From assembly GCA_051294375.1 (NCBI GenBank), contig CM119266.1:25064659-25128658 (forward strand): DNA of 64,000 bases. Direction: 5' to 3'. This DNA is from Paraspadella gotoi. Lineage: Eukaryota > Animalia > Chaetognatha. This document shows positions 40,062-57,776 of the stretch, piece after piece; the stretch's first letter is position 1, and every line of letters begins with the position of its first letter. The translations under genes and the position numbers were made by a program. The notes beneath the pieces were generated by a model. The model had not been told where the DNA came from. It searched no databases and saw nothing but the letters and a program-made list of their open reading frames with translations.

Positions 40062-40176
<115 letters not shown>

Positions 40177-40421
40177 ATGAATATCTCTTTGAATTTCTAT
40201 CTGTCCTTTTCCATAACGACTTGATATCTGTCTTCTTTCTTTCTACATGGCACAATGGCACAGTTACCGCGATGAAAGCATACTAATACTCTCTCTCTCT
40301 CTCTCTCTCCGAATACCTGACACAGTAACCCCGCCCACACGGATATGTCTTTTCCAGTCTCCTATTAACCTTTTTCCTTGTCGAGCTCTGTTCAGTTTTC
40401 AAAAAAGATAAGGAGAGAGAT

Positions 40422-40462
<41 letters not shown>

Positions 40463-41260
40463 GAGGTATATATATTTAATATTTTTGAATTTTTATATTC
40501 ATTTTCAACTTCTACATTTTTTTCACCCACCAAAAAAAGAGCAAAAAACTCTTTTTTAGTCTTTTCGAGAAAAAAAAGGCTTTCGAATTCAATTTATAGC
40601 GAAAAAAGTGGAGAAAAAAAGGAGACGAAAAGGTTTGGGGGGGTGGAAGGAGGGGCGAACGGGGGTGGCTTTGGACCTGAGTTGGGTTAAACAATAAACA
40701 TACTAGGGTGTAACTCAGGAAAGAGTGATGGAGTTTGGAGCTGGATGGGTGGGGATGGATGGGTGGAAAGGTTCGGGATCCTGGTGAGGCGAGTCTGAGA
40801 AATCAGTTGAAAAGTAAAGTAATTGAAAAAATTGGTCGCATTAAAGGGGAATTAAAAAAAGGGTACGAAATAATATGGCTCAGAAATAAAGGAGTATAGC
40901 AGACTAGTAGTAAAGGAGTAATGAATGAGTGAGTCGATGTTTATTTTTAGTATATTTTAAAAATTGTTGTCACACTTTTTAATAGAAAAGAAATTTCTGT
41001 TTCTAAATTAAAGGTCAAGAGACACGTGAATGAACGTCCGTCGTTTTGAGTTCCTTTTGTTTTCTTTTTAAATTCGGCAGATGGCGCTTTTGAATGTTGT
41101 AATGTTTCCGAGTGTTACCGACGGCAACCATTTTCTTTGACGCCGTCTGCATCGACATCGTCGTCTTCGTGTTCATCGTTCTCAGGTCGACTCGCTCATT
41201 TCCGGCGACCACAGAAGAGGGACGCATCATCGTGGCTAAAAATAGATCGGCGAAACGTCT

Positions 41261-41291
<31 letters not shown>

Positions 41292-43160
41292 TCCCTCCGC
41301 TCAAGATGTTCTTTTGTTATGAGGTTCAAAAATGGAGTCTTTTTCTCTCCGTCGTCGGCGTCGGCGTCGTTTTTTATCAAGAGACGGCGGCTTTGAAGGT
41401 CGTAATTCCCGAGAGACGAGTACATAAAACTCGGCGCATCGCCGTTTATATCTTTCGCTTATTTTTACACGCCGCCTTTTTGAGGCTGTATGTAGTTATT
41501 CTGAGACATATTAACTCATCAAAATTTTACGTTTATGCCTTTAAAGTTTGTATTATTCTTCTTTTAAAATCAATTTTCTATTGATATTTCAGGAAAAAAA
41601 AGATTTTTCTTTTTTTTAATTCATGTCACATTTTTTTTTTGCCTGAAGGAATAAAGGTTTTGTCAAAACATCTCCAAACTCGTCGTCTTTCTCTTTGACT
41701 TTCGAAATTTCAAAATTTGATTCTTTTCTCCTCTTTTTTCTATTTGGTGCGATTGTTTGTCCCGCGGATCATAAGATGTCACGACGAAGGTTATAAATTT
41801 GTAATTTTGTTTAGTTTTAAATGAACTATATGGTTATAAAGAGTGCAAAAGTTAACTATGACCCACGTGTATTTAATTCGCCAAAATTGACACACGATTT
41901 TTTCTTCAAGTCGTTTTATGCATATTTTACTCATGAGATATCACCAAAAAAAATAATCCTCAACGCCCGTGTCTTTATCAACCCGTCTCTCTCTCCATCA
42001 CTCCATCTCTCCCACCTCCCCCTCCTCCCCCTCTCCCCATCCCTCAATCCATCTTCTCTTCATTTTTCATTTAAGTCTCTTTAACACCCAAGTCAATTGA
42101 GGGAAGAAGTGAAGACGTCGCCTGGATCCGTCGTCGTCGTCGTCGTCGTTCGACCGTTCGTGCCGTCGTTATTTCTTTGTCGGTGTTTTGTGTGATCGAG
42201 TCGCCATCGTCGTAGTCGGTTTTAATCGTCGTCGTCGTCGTCTTCATCATCGCTATCGTTACCGTCGTCGGCATCGACTCTGTCGGTGTTTTGTCTGATG
42301 GAATCGTCATTGTCGTAGTCGTTAATTCGTCGTCGACATTTTCATAATTCTGAACTTTGGACATCGACGTCTTCGTTTGAAAATGGTCATCTTTTTCGTC
42401 ATCATCTTCTCCCTCGATATCTGTAATACTCTACATTGTACAAGACGATTCAAATCCCTTTGAGGGACTAAAACTAATATTACTTTGACCCGAAGGCAGA
42501 CGCTTTAGCAACGACGATAACGACGACGATGACGACGACGACGACTACGACGGCAAATAACAATAATAACGAAAAACGTCAAGAACGATGAGCGAGGAGA
42601 CGCCAAAAATGGCAAGAACGTTTATTGACGACGACAACGACGACGACGACGAAGACGACGACGGCAAACGACAGAAGAGATTGGCTTAAAATTATGATGA
42701 CGTCAGTTATGGCGAAAGCGGTGGAGGAGGCGAGACCGATTGCCGAGGAGATTGCCGCAGGGGCGATGACGACGACGACGACGACGACGACGACGATGAA
42801 GACGACGGAAGAAAATAAAGTGGCCCGTGATGTAAATCTTGCGGCAAATGCGAATAATAGCGAATTATGCAATAATTTATGGAAAATAATTTACAATTTC
42901 CTGTTAAATCTGACGTAAGAGACTGACCAAATTGGAAGTCAGAGCCGAAGGGCAACTGGACGTCGATGAGAAGGTCCAAACTCGACAAAACATATTTTTA
43001 AAAAACATAGAAAACTTAAAATACCATTAAGATGACAACCAGGCCTCGAAAACAACAATATCGTGCTCAAGTTTGAGACTATTACATCAAAATCGTCCGA
43101 TCGAAAACACGACGACGCCCTCTTTAACAACAACAACGACAAGAAAACGTCTTCTCCTCC

Positions 43161-43216
43161 TTTCTCCAATCAACGTCATTCCCGCCTTTTTCTCCAATCA
43201 ACGTCATTCCCGCCTT
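43161..43216 (+). repeat. Perfect 2 x 28-bp tandem repeat TTTCTCCAATCAACGTCATTCCCGCCTT
   Basis: Read directly from the sequence. Confidence 0.9.
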
Positions 43217-44441
43217 TTTTTTTCCTTCGCTAAATCTGAGGGAAACAAAAGAGCATCGACTCGTCGAAGTATTCGAGGATAAAAAGAGAGGATTGAGGGA
43301 TGATAGGAAGGTCAGGGGAAATAGAGGGGTAAGAGAGGTGAATAGAATAGAAAGGATTTAAGGGATTTAAAGGGATATGGGGATTTAGGTATTTTAGGGG
43401 ATTTAGGGATTTAAAGTCATGGGTATGAAAAGGGAGAGAGAAGAGATAGAAGGGAGAAGATAGAAGAGAAGGTGAAGACAATAGAGTTATGCGATAATTT
43501 GTACAAAATTTATGTAATAATTCTAATTTTAGACGGCTGAAACTCAGTAATCTTTCCTTTTCAAGTAAAATTTAAACGTTTACCGACGGTTCGACTTCTT
43601 GACCCTTAAAACTGTTGAAATTAAACACAATATCTGTTAAGGACATTAGCTGGGAGGATCTATTAAATATTTTTTTAAAATCGCGTTTAATGTATTTTCT
43701 TAGAAAAAAAAAATGCCGGGCGACCGGCGACCTGTCAATCTCCAAAGACGGATTTCGCGTTTAACCATTTTCCCCCTTCGTTCTAATTTTAGTTTTTGGC
43801 TATTTTTATTATTTTCCTCCAGGTTTTTTTTTTAAGCTTAGATCTCTAATTTCATCTAGTTAGTCCCAGTATTTTGGTGTTCCGAGGCACTCCTAGCATG
43901 GCCCTACAATTACTGTCCCCCATTTTTATATCATTCTCTCTCGCCTCTTCTCCTTTCCTCTCGCGATTTCAATTCCTCCTTCCAGCGCTTTTTCTCTTTT
44001 TCCTTTTTATCTCAATATCTCACTAACGTCACCATTTATGTCACCACCTTTTATCTAGATTTCTTCCCTCCATCTCTCTCCCTCTCCCTCCCTCTCCCTC
44101 TCCTTCCCCTCCTCCTCGTCCCCTTTTCCCATTTCCGGAATCCATTTGCATCATAATCCACGAATGAGGAAATCGAGACTAAAAAATCCTTTCATTTCGC
44201 GCGAAAGAAGGAAAAAAAAATCGAAGAACCGGAAAGGACGGGACGGCGATCGGTTGTGGGGGGAGAGGTGGAAAGTGGGCCTGAAAGGGGGTGGAAGGAG
44301 GGCCTATAAGGGGCCTTGAAGGGGACGGAAGGGGCCAGAAAAGGGGCCAAGAAGTGGAGCCTTGAAGGAGCCTGTAAGGCGATGGAACGGGTGTTTATAA
44401 TGGGGACCTGGAAGGGGCTTTGAAAAGGGCCTTAAAGGGAC

Positions 44442-50504
<6,063 letters not shown>

Positions 50505-50635
50505 GCTTCCGCGTCTGCGAGCTTTTTTTTACAAAGAGCTTCTTTGTTTTCCCTTCTCTTTGAATCCTCTCCAGGGAATTCATTGGCCATTCCCTAAATT
50601 GTATTACAACTCGAGTACTTTGGAGATGGGAAAGA

Positions 50636-50702
<67 letters not shown>

Positions 50703-51107
50703 GAAGAGGAGAAGAAGAGAGAAAGAGAGAGAAAGAGCGTATTTAAAAATCTCTTGAGAAAAAGAGAAAGGTGAGAATTTTGTGTGAGGACCTTTTAGTA
50801 TGAGGAAAAATTAAATTGAAAAAAGGAAAAGTACTTTAAAGAGAAAAAAATGAGAGAGATAAAACGATAGAGAGAAGAGAGAGCGGGGAAGGCAGAGGAA
50901 CGATGACGAGAGCGCGAGAGAAGAAAAGGAGAAGAGAGAGAGAGAGAGACTGAGTGAGGGGCCTCGTAAATCGGAATTCGAAAAAAAAAAATTTCTCTAT
51001 GGTAGGAAAAGAGTGAGCCAGAACAAGTAAGTAAAAAAAAAAATAATTAGTTATGAATAGGAGAGGGTAAAATTAGGAAGAGAGAGAGAGAGAGAGAGAA
51101 TGAGAGA

Positions 51108-51149
<42 letters not shown>

Positions 51150-51389
51150 AGAGAAGAGAGAGCGAAATTAAAAGAGGGGGAGAGAGTGGAGTGACGTCTC
51201 GACGAGAGAGATGGCCTTCCTGGATTTCCCAGCGAGAAGACACAATTCGCAAAGATTGTGCCCTGAAAAATAAATGGAGTTCGAAAGGGGAAGCAAAAGT
51301 CTCGGGGAAGCCACAGTCTCGTTTATGGGATGCGTTTGAGAGAGGGATATGAGAGAGAGCAGAGAGACGAGAGAGAGAGAGGGAGGGAG

Positions 51390-51428
<39 letters not shown>

Positions 51429-52897
51429 AGATGACGAGAGAGAGAGAGAGGAGATGAGAGAGAGAAGCTAGAGGAAGAGAGGCAGAGAGAGAAGCAGTAC
51501 CCAAGGAACGCTAAGGAAAAGGTGNNNNNNNNNNNNNNNNNNNNNNNNNGAGGGGAAGGAAGAGTTCCCCAGGGAAAATGTTTTATGTAGAATAAAAAAA
51601 AAGGAGTCGAGACAGAAAAAAGGAAAAACTAAACAAAAAAAATACTGAGTTGTCGTCAGCCGCGTCTATCTGTCGTCGTCGTCGTCGTCGTCGTCATCGT
51701 TTTTCCAAGCTTTTAACTTGGCTTCTAATGCGGCGGCCACGAATTTCCTTCCTGCTTAAACCTACTTTTGAAATTAGGAACTTCTCCCTAATCCCTCCCT
51801 CCAACTTAAAACATTAATTTCTACATTATTTTTTGAAGAGAATAGTTTAAAAGACACTGAAAAAAAACAAACTTCGAGTCAAGGACAATAAAAGAAAAAC
51901 AACAACAAGGTTGTTTCCCTTAGTTGCTTTACATTTTTACGTTTATTTCATGATATATCATCCTCGGGGAAAAAAATCAATGGAAATATATTTTTATGCT
52001 TTAAGTTTGTTTGTTTTTGTAAGGCGTCAAAACAAGGCTTCCTCTGTTTCCAAATTCGTCGAGTAAACAAAGGAATGATAAGTGTTGGTTTTCATTAAAG
52101 ATGAAATACGAATTCGGTTCCTCGAATGTAATTCTGCCAAGTGAACGACCGAAGGCCGCTCCCGCGGTTGACGACTCTTCCCTTTAATGAACCACGAAAG
52201 AATTGGACGTAGCAACGAGAGATATTCACCTGCTCTCCTCTTCTCTTCGGGCATGGCATGGCACTGCGCTCGTTTTTCCCTTGGGCCATGTCTCGGCACG
52301 GAGGTTATTCCGTTAAACTGAACCAGTTTCGTTTTTTCTTTCTTTCTTGCCCTTCTCACTTTTATGGCATGGCATGGCACTGCACTAGTTTTGCCCTTGC
52401 GCCATTGTCTCGGCATTCAGCTGCAAAGGTTATTTCACCAAACCACTCCTATACCTTTTTCGGTTTTCTTTCCGTCGTGGTTTGGCGAATGTTTGGAGTC
52501 GGAATCTGAGCCGCGCGATTGATTATTCAGGCGAGGAAGGAGAAGAAGGCATAAGAAGAAGAAATGAAAAGAAGAGGAACAAAAATGACTAGAACGCGGG
52601 AAAAAAATAAGAAGGAAAAGAATAAAAAGATAAATGAAAAGAAGAATTAAACAAGAAGAAACAAAAAGAGTGGAAGAAGAAGAATAAAAATAATGCTCAG
52701 GAGAAAATAGAGAAAAAGAAGAAAAGAAAAAGAAGAAAGAGGAGAGAAATAATGAAAATGAAACAATGTTGTTAAGCTTAGTGTTATTGTTAAAAGTTAT
52801 TGTTAATTTTCGACCTCATTTACTTTCTGATTCTGTCTTTGATTTCGTCGTTGTTCGTCTTTGGCCTTTGATAGTCTTTCTAGTTTTCGTTTTTGTC

Positions 52898-53002
<105 letters not shown>

Positions 53003-53509
53003 ATATATTGAATAAACAAGGTTCTCATCCGCAAAATAAATCTTATTACAAAAAAAAAAGAGAAAAAAATTCCTTTTTTCGAAAAAGGACTAACGAGCTT
53101 TTCAATCAGATCAACCACGATTTGAAAGACAGAAATTTATACACGCTCCTTTTTTTTTAAATTTTCTTCTAGCCGCTGTTCTCTCTCTCTCATTCCTTTA
53201 TTCTTCCCTCTTTCTCCGCTCGGAGGCAATGAAAGGCGCTGAATAATAAAAATGCAAGGTTTTCGCGTCGTGAAGTCGTCGTCGTCCATTTCATCGTCGT
53301 CCCCCCCCTCCTCGTATCTTGCCTCAGAATGGGCTCTCTACCTCGAGCGGCCATCTTATTCTAATTTATATCATTTTATAAATTAAGAAGGATTTTAGTC
53401 TGACAACTCTCCCCGAGACTGTTCGTGAGATCCGTCTTCACAAACGTAAATTCACCCGCCCTCTCCAATTTTCTAATTTCACCCTTATCTTTTCACACCC
53501 CCCCCCCAG

Positions 53510-53697
53510 CCCCTGCAATCCCTTGCATCCTCGAGGACGGGATCTACGACGACGGGGAGATTTTCGAGGTCGACGACTGCACAACATGCGCCTGCAACGA
53601 TGGGGAGATTCTGTGTCAGACGGAACAGTGCAAGCAGCCCAACTGCTTGAACCCCATCACGAGGGCAGGCCAGTGCTGCCCAGTCTGTCCCGAGGAG
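53510..53697 (+). CDS. ColA: Collagen exon 2: vWFC/chordin-type cysteine-rich N-propeptide domain
   Basis: PAIPCILEDGIYDDGEIFEVDDCTTCACNDGEILCQTEQCKQPNCLNPITRAGQCCPVCPEE has 10 Cys with CxxCxC and CCPxC motifs. Pyrimidine tract and cccag| acceptor; GAG|gtgagc donor; phase 1 to 0. Confidence 0.95.
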
Positions 53698-53812
53698 GTG
53701 AGCCAGTGAAAAGAGGAAGGGACTTAAACTTTTTTTTATATAAAGGGATTTCATAATTATTTTTTTATTAGATATATTAACAAATGATTTGTTATATCGT
53801 TATTTGTCACAG

Positions 53813-53860
53813 ATTTTGACGGACGCTCCCGCGGTTTCCGGTGGCGAAGACGAATACGAT
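53813..53860 (+). CDS. ColA: Collagen exon 3: acidic linker ILTDAPAVSGGEDEYD
   Basis: tttgtcacag| acceptor, GAT|gtgagt donor, 48 nt, phase 0-0, open and in frame with its neighbours. Confidence 0.85.
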
Positions 53861-54244
53861 GTGAGTAAAAATAAAAGTTTGTTTGTTGAAAAATTGTACC
53901 TTTGTTCATAATTTGATTTCAGATGCTGCATAAATTGGTCTTAAAGATATTAACCTTAATTGTTGCTGTCTTTTTTTTTATTTTACATTAACTTAAATTA
54001 TATCTAGTTTGACTTAGGTTTTTTTTGCTGCGATAATGCAAAAGTTAAAAACCTCAATTTTAAAGGTTATTGGGGATTTTAGAGTTATTGAGGTTATCTC
54101 ATTGAAGCCGAGTTTCTTATAAACAATGATCTCAGTTCCGTCACATTTTGAGTGAAAAAGAGTTTGTTTGTCAAACTTAATTCTCTAATGAAAATTTCTT
54201 AACTCGCGCATCTTGATCTCTCCAGCTTTTCTGTCCGCTTAAAA

Positions 54245-54327
<83 letters not shown>

Positions 54328-54438
54328 AAAAATTCCGTCTCTTTTTGTCATTTCTAATTCTAGCCGATTTTTTATTTTGAAAATTTTACCCCCCGACTAA
54401 AATAACTGAATTTTTCCGCCAAATTTTCCCGCCAAAAG

Positions 54439-54585
54439 TACACCGATTACACCGATTATGGGGATTACGGTGACGGTGACGGTGACGGTGACGGTGACGG
54501 AGGTGTGGAGGAGACGGGTGGCGAATCGGAGGTGACAGGTGGCCAGACGGGTGGCGGAGAGGCGGCGGGTAGCGCCGGTGCAGAA
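54439..54585 (+). CDS. ColA: Collagen exon 4: Tyr/Asp/Gly-rich linker YTDYTDYGDYGDGDGDGDGDGGVEETGGESEVTGGQTGGGEAAGSAGAE
   Basis: Weak acceptor ttttcccgccaaaag|, strong donor GAA|gtaagt, 147 nt, phase 0-0. GC-rich coding-like island within an AT-rich intron. Confidence 0.78.
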
Positions 54586-54742
54586 GTAAGTCGGGCGGGA
54601 GATCGCCCTCGCGTCGGCCGCCTTTATTTTTTTGACGACGCAATTCTCTGGCTGCTCCGGCGAATTTTTCGTCGCCGACGTAGATTTTTTTTTTTCTAGT
54701 TTTCTTTTTGCTTATCCCTTCGATTCACTTTAACACGCGCGC

Positions 54743-54823
<81 letters not shown>

Positions 54824-55439
54824 TCTCTCTCTCTCTCTCCCTCTCTCTCTCTCTGCATTCCCAAACCTTTCCCCCAGCTTTACTCCCGCTTTTCCATCGT
54901 TCGCCCCACCAAATTGACAATAGAGTTCGAGATTCGTTCCCCAGAGATCGAAATTTTCACAGTAGTTTTCGTTAGCATTTAGAATTTTAATAACGACGAG
55001 TGACCAGCACTTTGAAGATCATTGCGTGGCACCGAGTTATGGTCTTCTGGTGTCGATTCCATTGCCAGAAAATAGATAAAGAGACGACAGAGAATTCCAT
55101 TTCGGTTCTGTAGTTTTAGTCAAACTGGGATCTTTCTCTACCCGCACTTTTCACGATTCACTTGCAAGTGAAGTGTGATCGGAAATCGCGTGAAATTAGT
55201 ACAGTAACGATTTTCCGACTGCGCTTTCTTTCTAAAACGATATGTTTAGTGTTTAGTTTTAAAAAAAATCATAATTAAATTTAAGCCCATCCACCGGTAA
55301 AAATTGTTCAATACATTTTCCGAACAGAAAATCTCCAAATTACCCCCGCTTATTAATTATATTAAAATGTTTTTTTAAAATTTACTAAATATTTCATATA
55401 TTTTCAATTTTAATTTCCGTCGTTTCCTTTTACCGACAG

Positions 55440-55499
55440 ACCGGATTCGGCGAGGACCTCGGAATAATCGGGACTTCCGTGGAGACCCCTGGACCTCCG
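55440..55499 (+). CDS. ColA: Collagen exon 5: TGFGEDLGIIGTSVETPGPP (end of linker, start of minor helix)
   Basis: tttccttttaccgacag| acceptor, CCG|gtaagt donor, 60 nt, phase 0-0, ends in GPP. Confidence 0.88.
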
Positions 55500-55637
55500 G
55501 TAAGTCGCTCGGTCCGGAACGCGAAAAGTTATACGACGCGATTTAAACAGTCTCCCTGGCGTCAATTATACCAGAATTAAACGCTGCATTCAAAACGAAC
55601 AAAATTAAAACCCTCTCTCTCTCTCTCCCATTCCAAG

Positions 55638-55844
55638 GGGCCTCCCGGATCGGGCGGATACGCGGGACGACAGGGACCCCGGGGCGACGGAGGGGTGGAC
55701 GGCGGACCCGGATTACCGGGGCTGCCAGGTCCGCCCGGTCCCCCGGGTCAGACCCCCGCCGCAGCCTACCTCGATTCCATCTCGGCCATCGCCTCTCAGG
55801 GAGACAAAGCTGGCGGCGGCGCGGCCGGAGTCAGATTCTTGCAG
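55638..55844 (+). CDS. ColA: Collagen exon 6: minor triple helix (13 Gly-X-Y) plus N-telopeptide with cross-link Lys (SQGDKAGG)
   Basis: [69 protein letters not shown]. ccattccaag| acceptor, CAG|gtgagg donor, 207 nt. Confidence 0.93.
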
Positions 55845-56121
55845 GTGAGGGTAGTGAGAGGTGGGTGGGGTTAAATGGTGGGTGAGGGAGGTTGGGAGGG
55901 GGATTTGGGGTAAGTCATTAACTCTGGGTAGGGGCATTTATCGGATCGGGTGTTATGCACAGGGAATGTTAGCTTCAACTAATCTTCTGATGAAAATAAG
56001 AATGTTTTATCCTTTCTGACGTTTATTCTTATATATATCCTATTTATATATATTTTTAATAAACTTGTCGGGTTATATATATATATATTTTTTAATTAAC
56101 TTACTTTTTTCATCCTTCCAG

Positions 56122-56283
56122 GCGCAAATGGGTCCAATGGGACCCCGCGGACCACCAGGCCCTCCCGGTCCTCCCGGGGCGGTGGGCTTTGTCGGATCGC
56201 GGGGCGATGGCGGCGACCCGGGACCGCCGGGGCAGCGTGGCCTCGCCGGCCCGGCCGGACCATCTGGGCCAGCCGGCAAGGAG
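56122..56283 (+). CDS. ColA: Collagen exon 7: start of major triple helix (AQM + 17 Gly-X-Y)
   Basis: [54 protein letters not shown]. catccttccag| acceptor, 162 nt, non-canonical donor GAG|gcgagt. Confidence 0.93.
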
Positions 56284-56387
56284 GCGAGTCTTTTTAATTT
56301 ACTGCGGAATCTGACTTCGAATCGAAAAAGAAATATGATATTAATTAAATGTTAATTAATATAAGTCCAAACCCGTTTTTTTTTTAG

Positions 56388-56441
56388 GGTGAGCCCGGAC
56401 GCGACGGACAACCCGGACCGCCGGGTCTGCACGGTCCAGTG
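56388..56441 (+). CDS. ColA: Collagen exon 8: 54-nt helix exon GEPGRDGQPGPPGLHGPV
   Basis: tttttttag| acceptor, GTG|gtgagt donor. Canonical 54-bp collagen exon beginning with a Gly codon. Confidence 0.95.
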
Positions 56442-56483
56442 GTGAGTATTATTATTATTATTATTATTGTTTATTATTATATA

Positions 56484-56521
<38 letters not shown>

Positions 56522-57058
56522 TATTTTATTATTATTATTATTTTTATCTCTTATTTATTTTTATTAACCTTCAGCTGGGCGGCAAAAAGATTAACAGTGA
56601 CTCTTTGTGAGGCTATCGTGAACATTGGGCAGCTGTGAGGAATATTCTGTGGATCTGTTGTTGCGTTTTAATCTGGTGAAGAAAATAATCGGAAACATCT
56701 TTGCCTCTAAAAAGTGACACTTTTGATGATTCACGTGAGGAAATGTTCGAGGAGGATTTTTTAATAAAATTTAGAATTGAAATTACAAACATGTCTAACA
56801 TGTTAACTCTAAAGTCTAATGAGAGACTGATATTCTAGCTGATTGAATCCAAAGGAAGGCTTCTAAATGCGATTTATGAATCCGATATTCATTTTTGAAT
56901 CGACGCCAGGACGCGTCACTCGTTCCCCTCTAATTGAACTAAATCGGATTCGTCCTCTCGTGAAAAAAAACAAGATGAAAAACATGACGCCTTTTCCGAT
57001 TTATGCCACACAGAAGGGAGTTATTTTAATCTCGTATTACATAGAAAAAAAGGGATTT

Positions 57059-57149
<91 letters not shown>

Positions 57150-57469
57150 TCAAAAATGGTTTATCAACGAACGTTAATTTATCATTTTTGAGTAATAATT
57201 TTTCAGAAAATGTGTTTTAATCGAATTACCTCGCCCAAAGTCAGAGACAGAGAGCGAGACAGTAAAGAGGGAGAGAGAGCGAAAGAGAGCCCTTGGCGCT
57301 TTCGCGGGGCCCGACGGAAGAGAAATTGCTGTTCTAATTTATACTAAAAAGTTTAAATATTTTTGCTAATTTTAACAAATTTATATTTGATTACCATTGC
57401 GACTTTTTCTCATTAGGTCCAAATATTTATTGAGGGTCAGGATGCCGCAAATTTTTCAAGACGCGAGAG

Positions 57470-57506
<37 letters not shown>

Positions 57507-57722
57507 TAAATTAATTACGTAATCATCATCTGTCACTGAGCGAAGGATGTAAAACAGAAATTACCATTCGGCGAGAGGAGGAGGCGATCGACGGAAAGAA
57601 AAACGATTTGAATTTCAGTCGAGATTGTTCGTTTGTTGACTTTTAAATATAATTATGCAGATATATATTTTATATATCCTATTAGCTCTGCGATGCTCTA
57701 ATTTTCTTCATTTCCTTCGTAG

Positions 57723-57776
57723 GGCAAACGCGGTTCCCCTGGAATGCCTGGACTTCCCGGAGCGAAGGGACACAGG
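57723..57776 (+). CDS. ColA: Collagen exon 9: 54-nt helix exon GKRGSPGMPGLPGAKGHR containing the KGHR helical cross-link site; gene continues past the window
   Basis: tttccttcgtag| acceptor, AGG|gtaagt donor. Equivalent to vertebrate GARGLPGTAGLPGMKGHR. No further helix exon found up to 64000. Confidence 0.95.

Noticed and set aside
41306-41400. Signal-peptide-like ORF start MFFCYEVQKWSLFLSVVGVGVVFYQETAALK as an alternative collagen exon 1
   Set aside because: The hydrophobicity derives from GTC repeats. The only nearby donor (gtcgta) is weak and phase 0, incompatible with the phase-1 vWFC acceptor.
42071-42988. Thr-rich, mucin-like ORFs on both strands
   Set aside because: They arise from degenerate (ACG/GAC)n microsatellites, with no splice-consistent structure.
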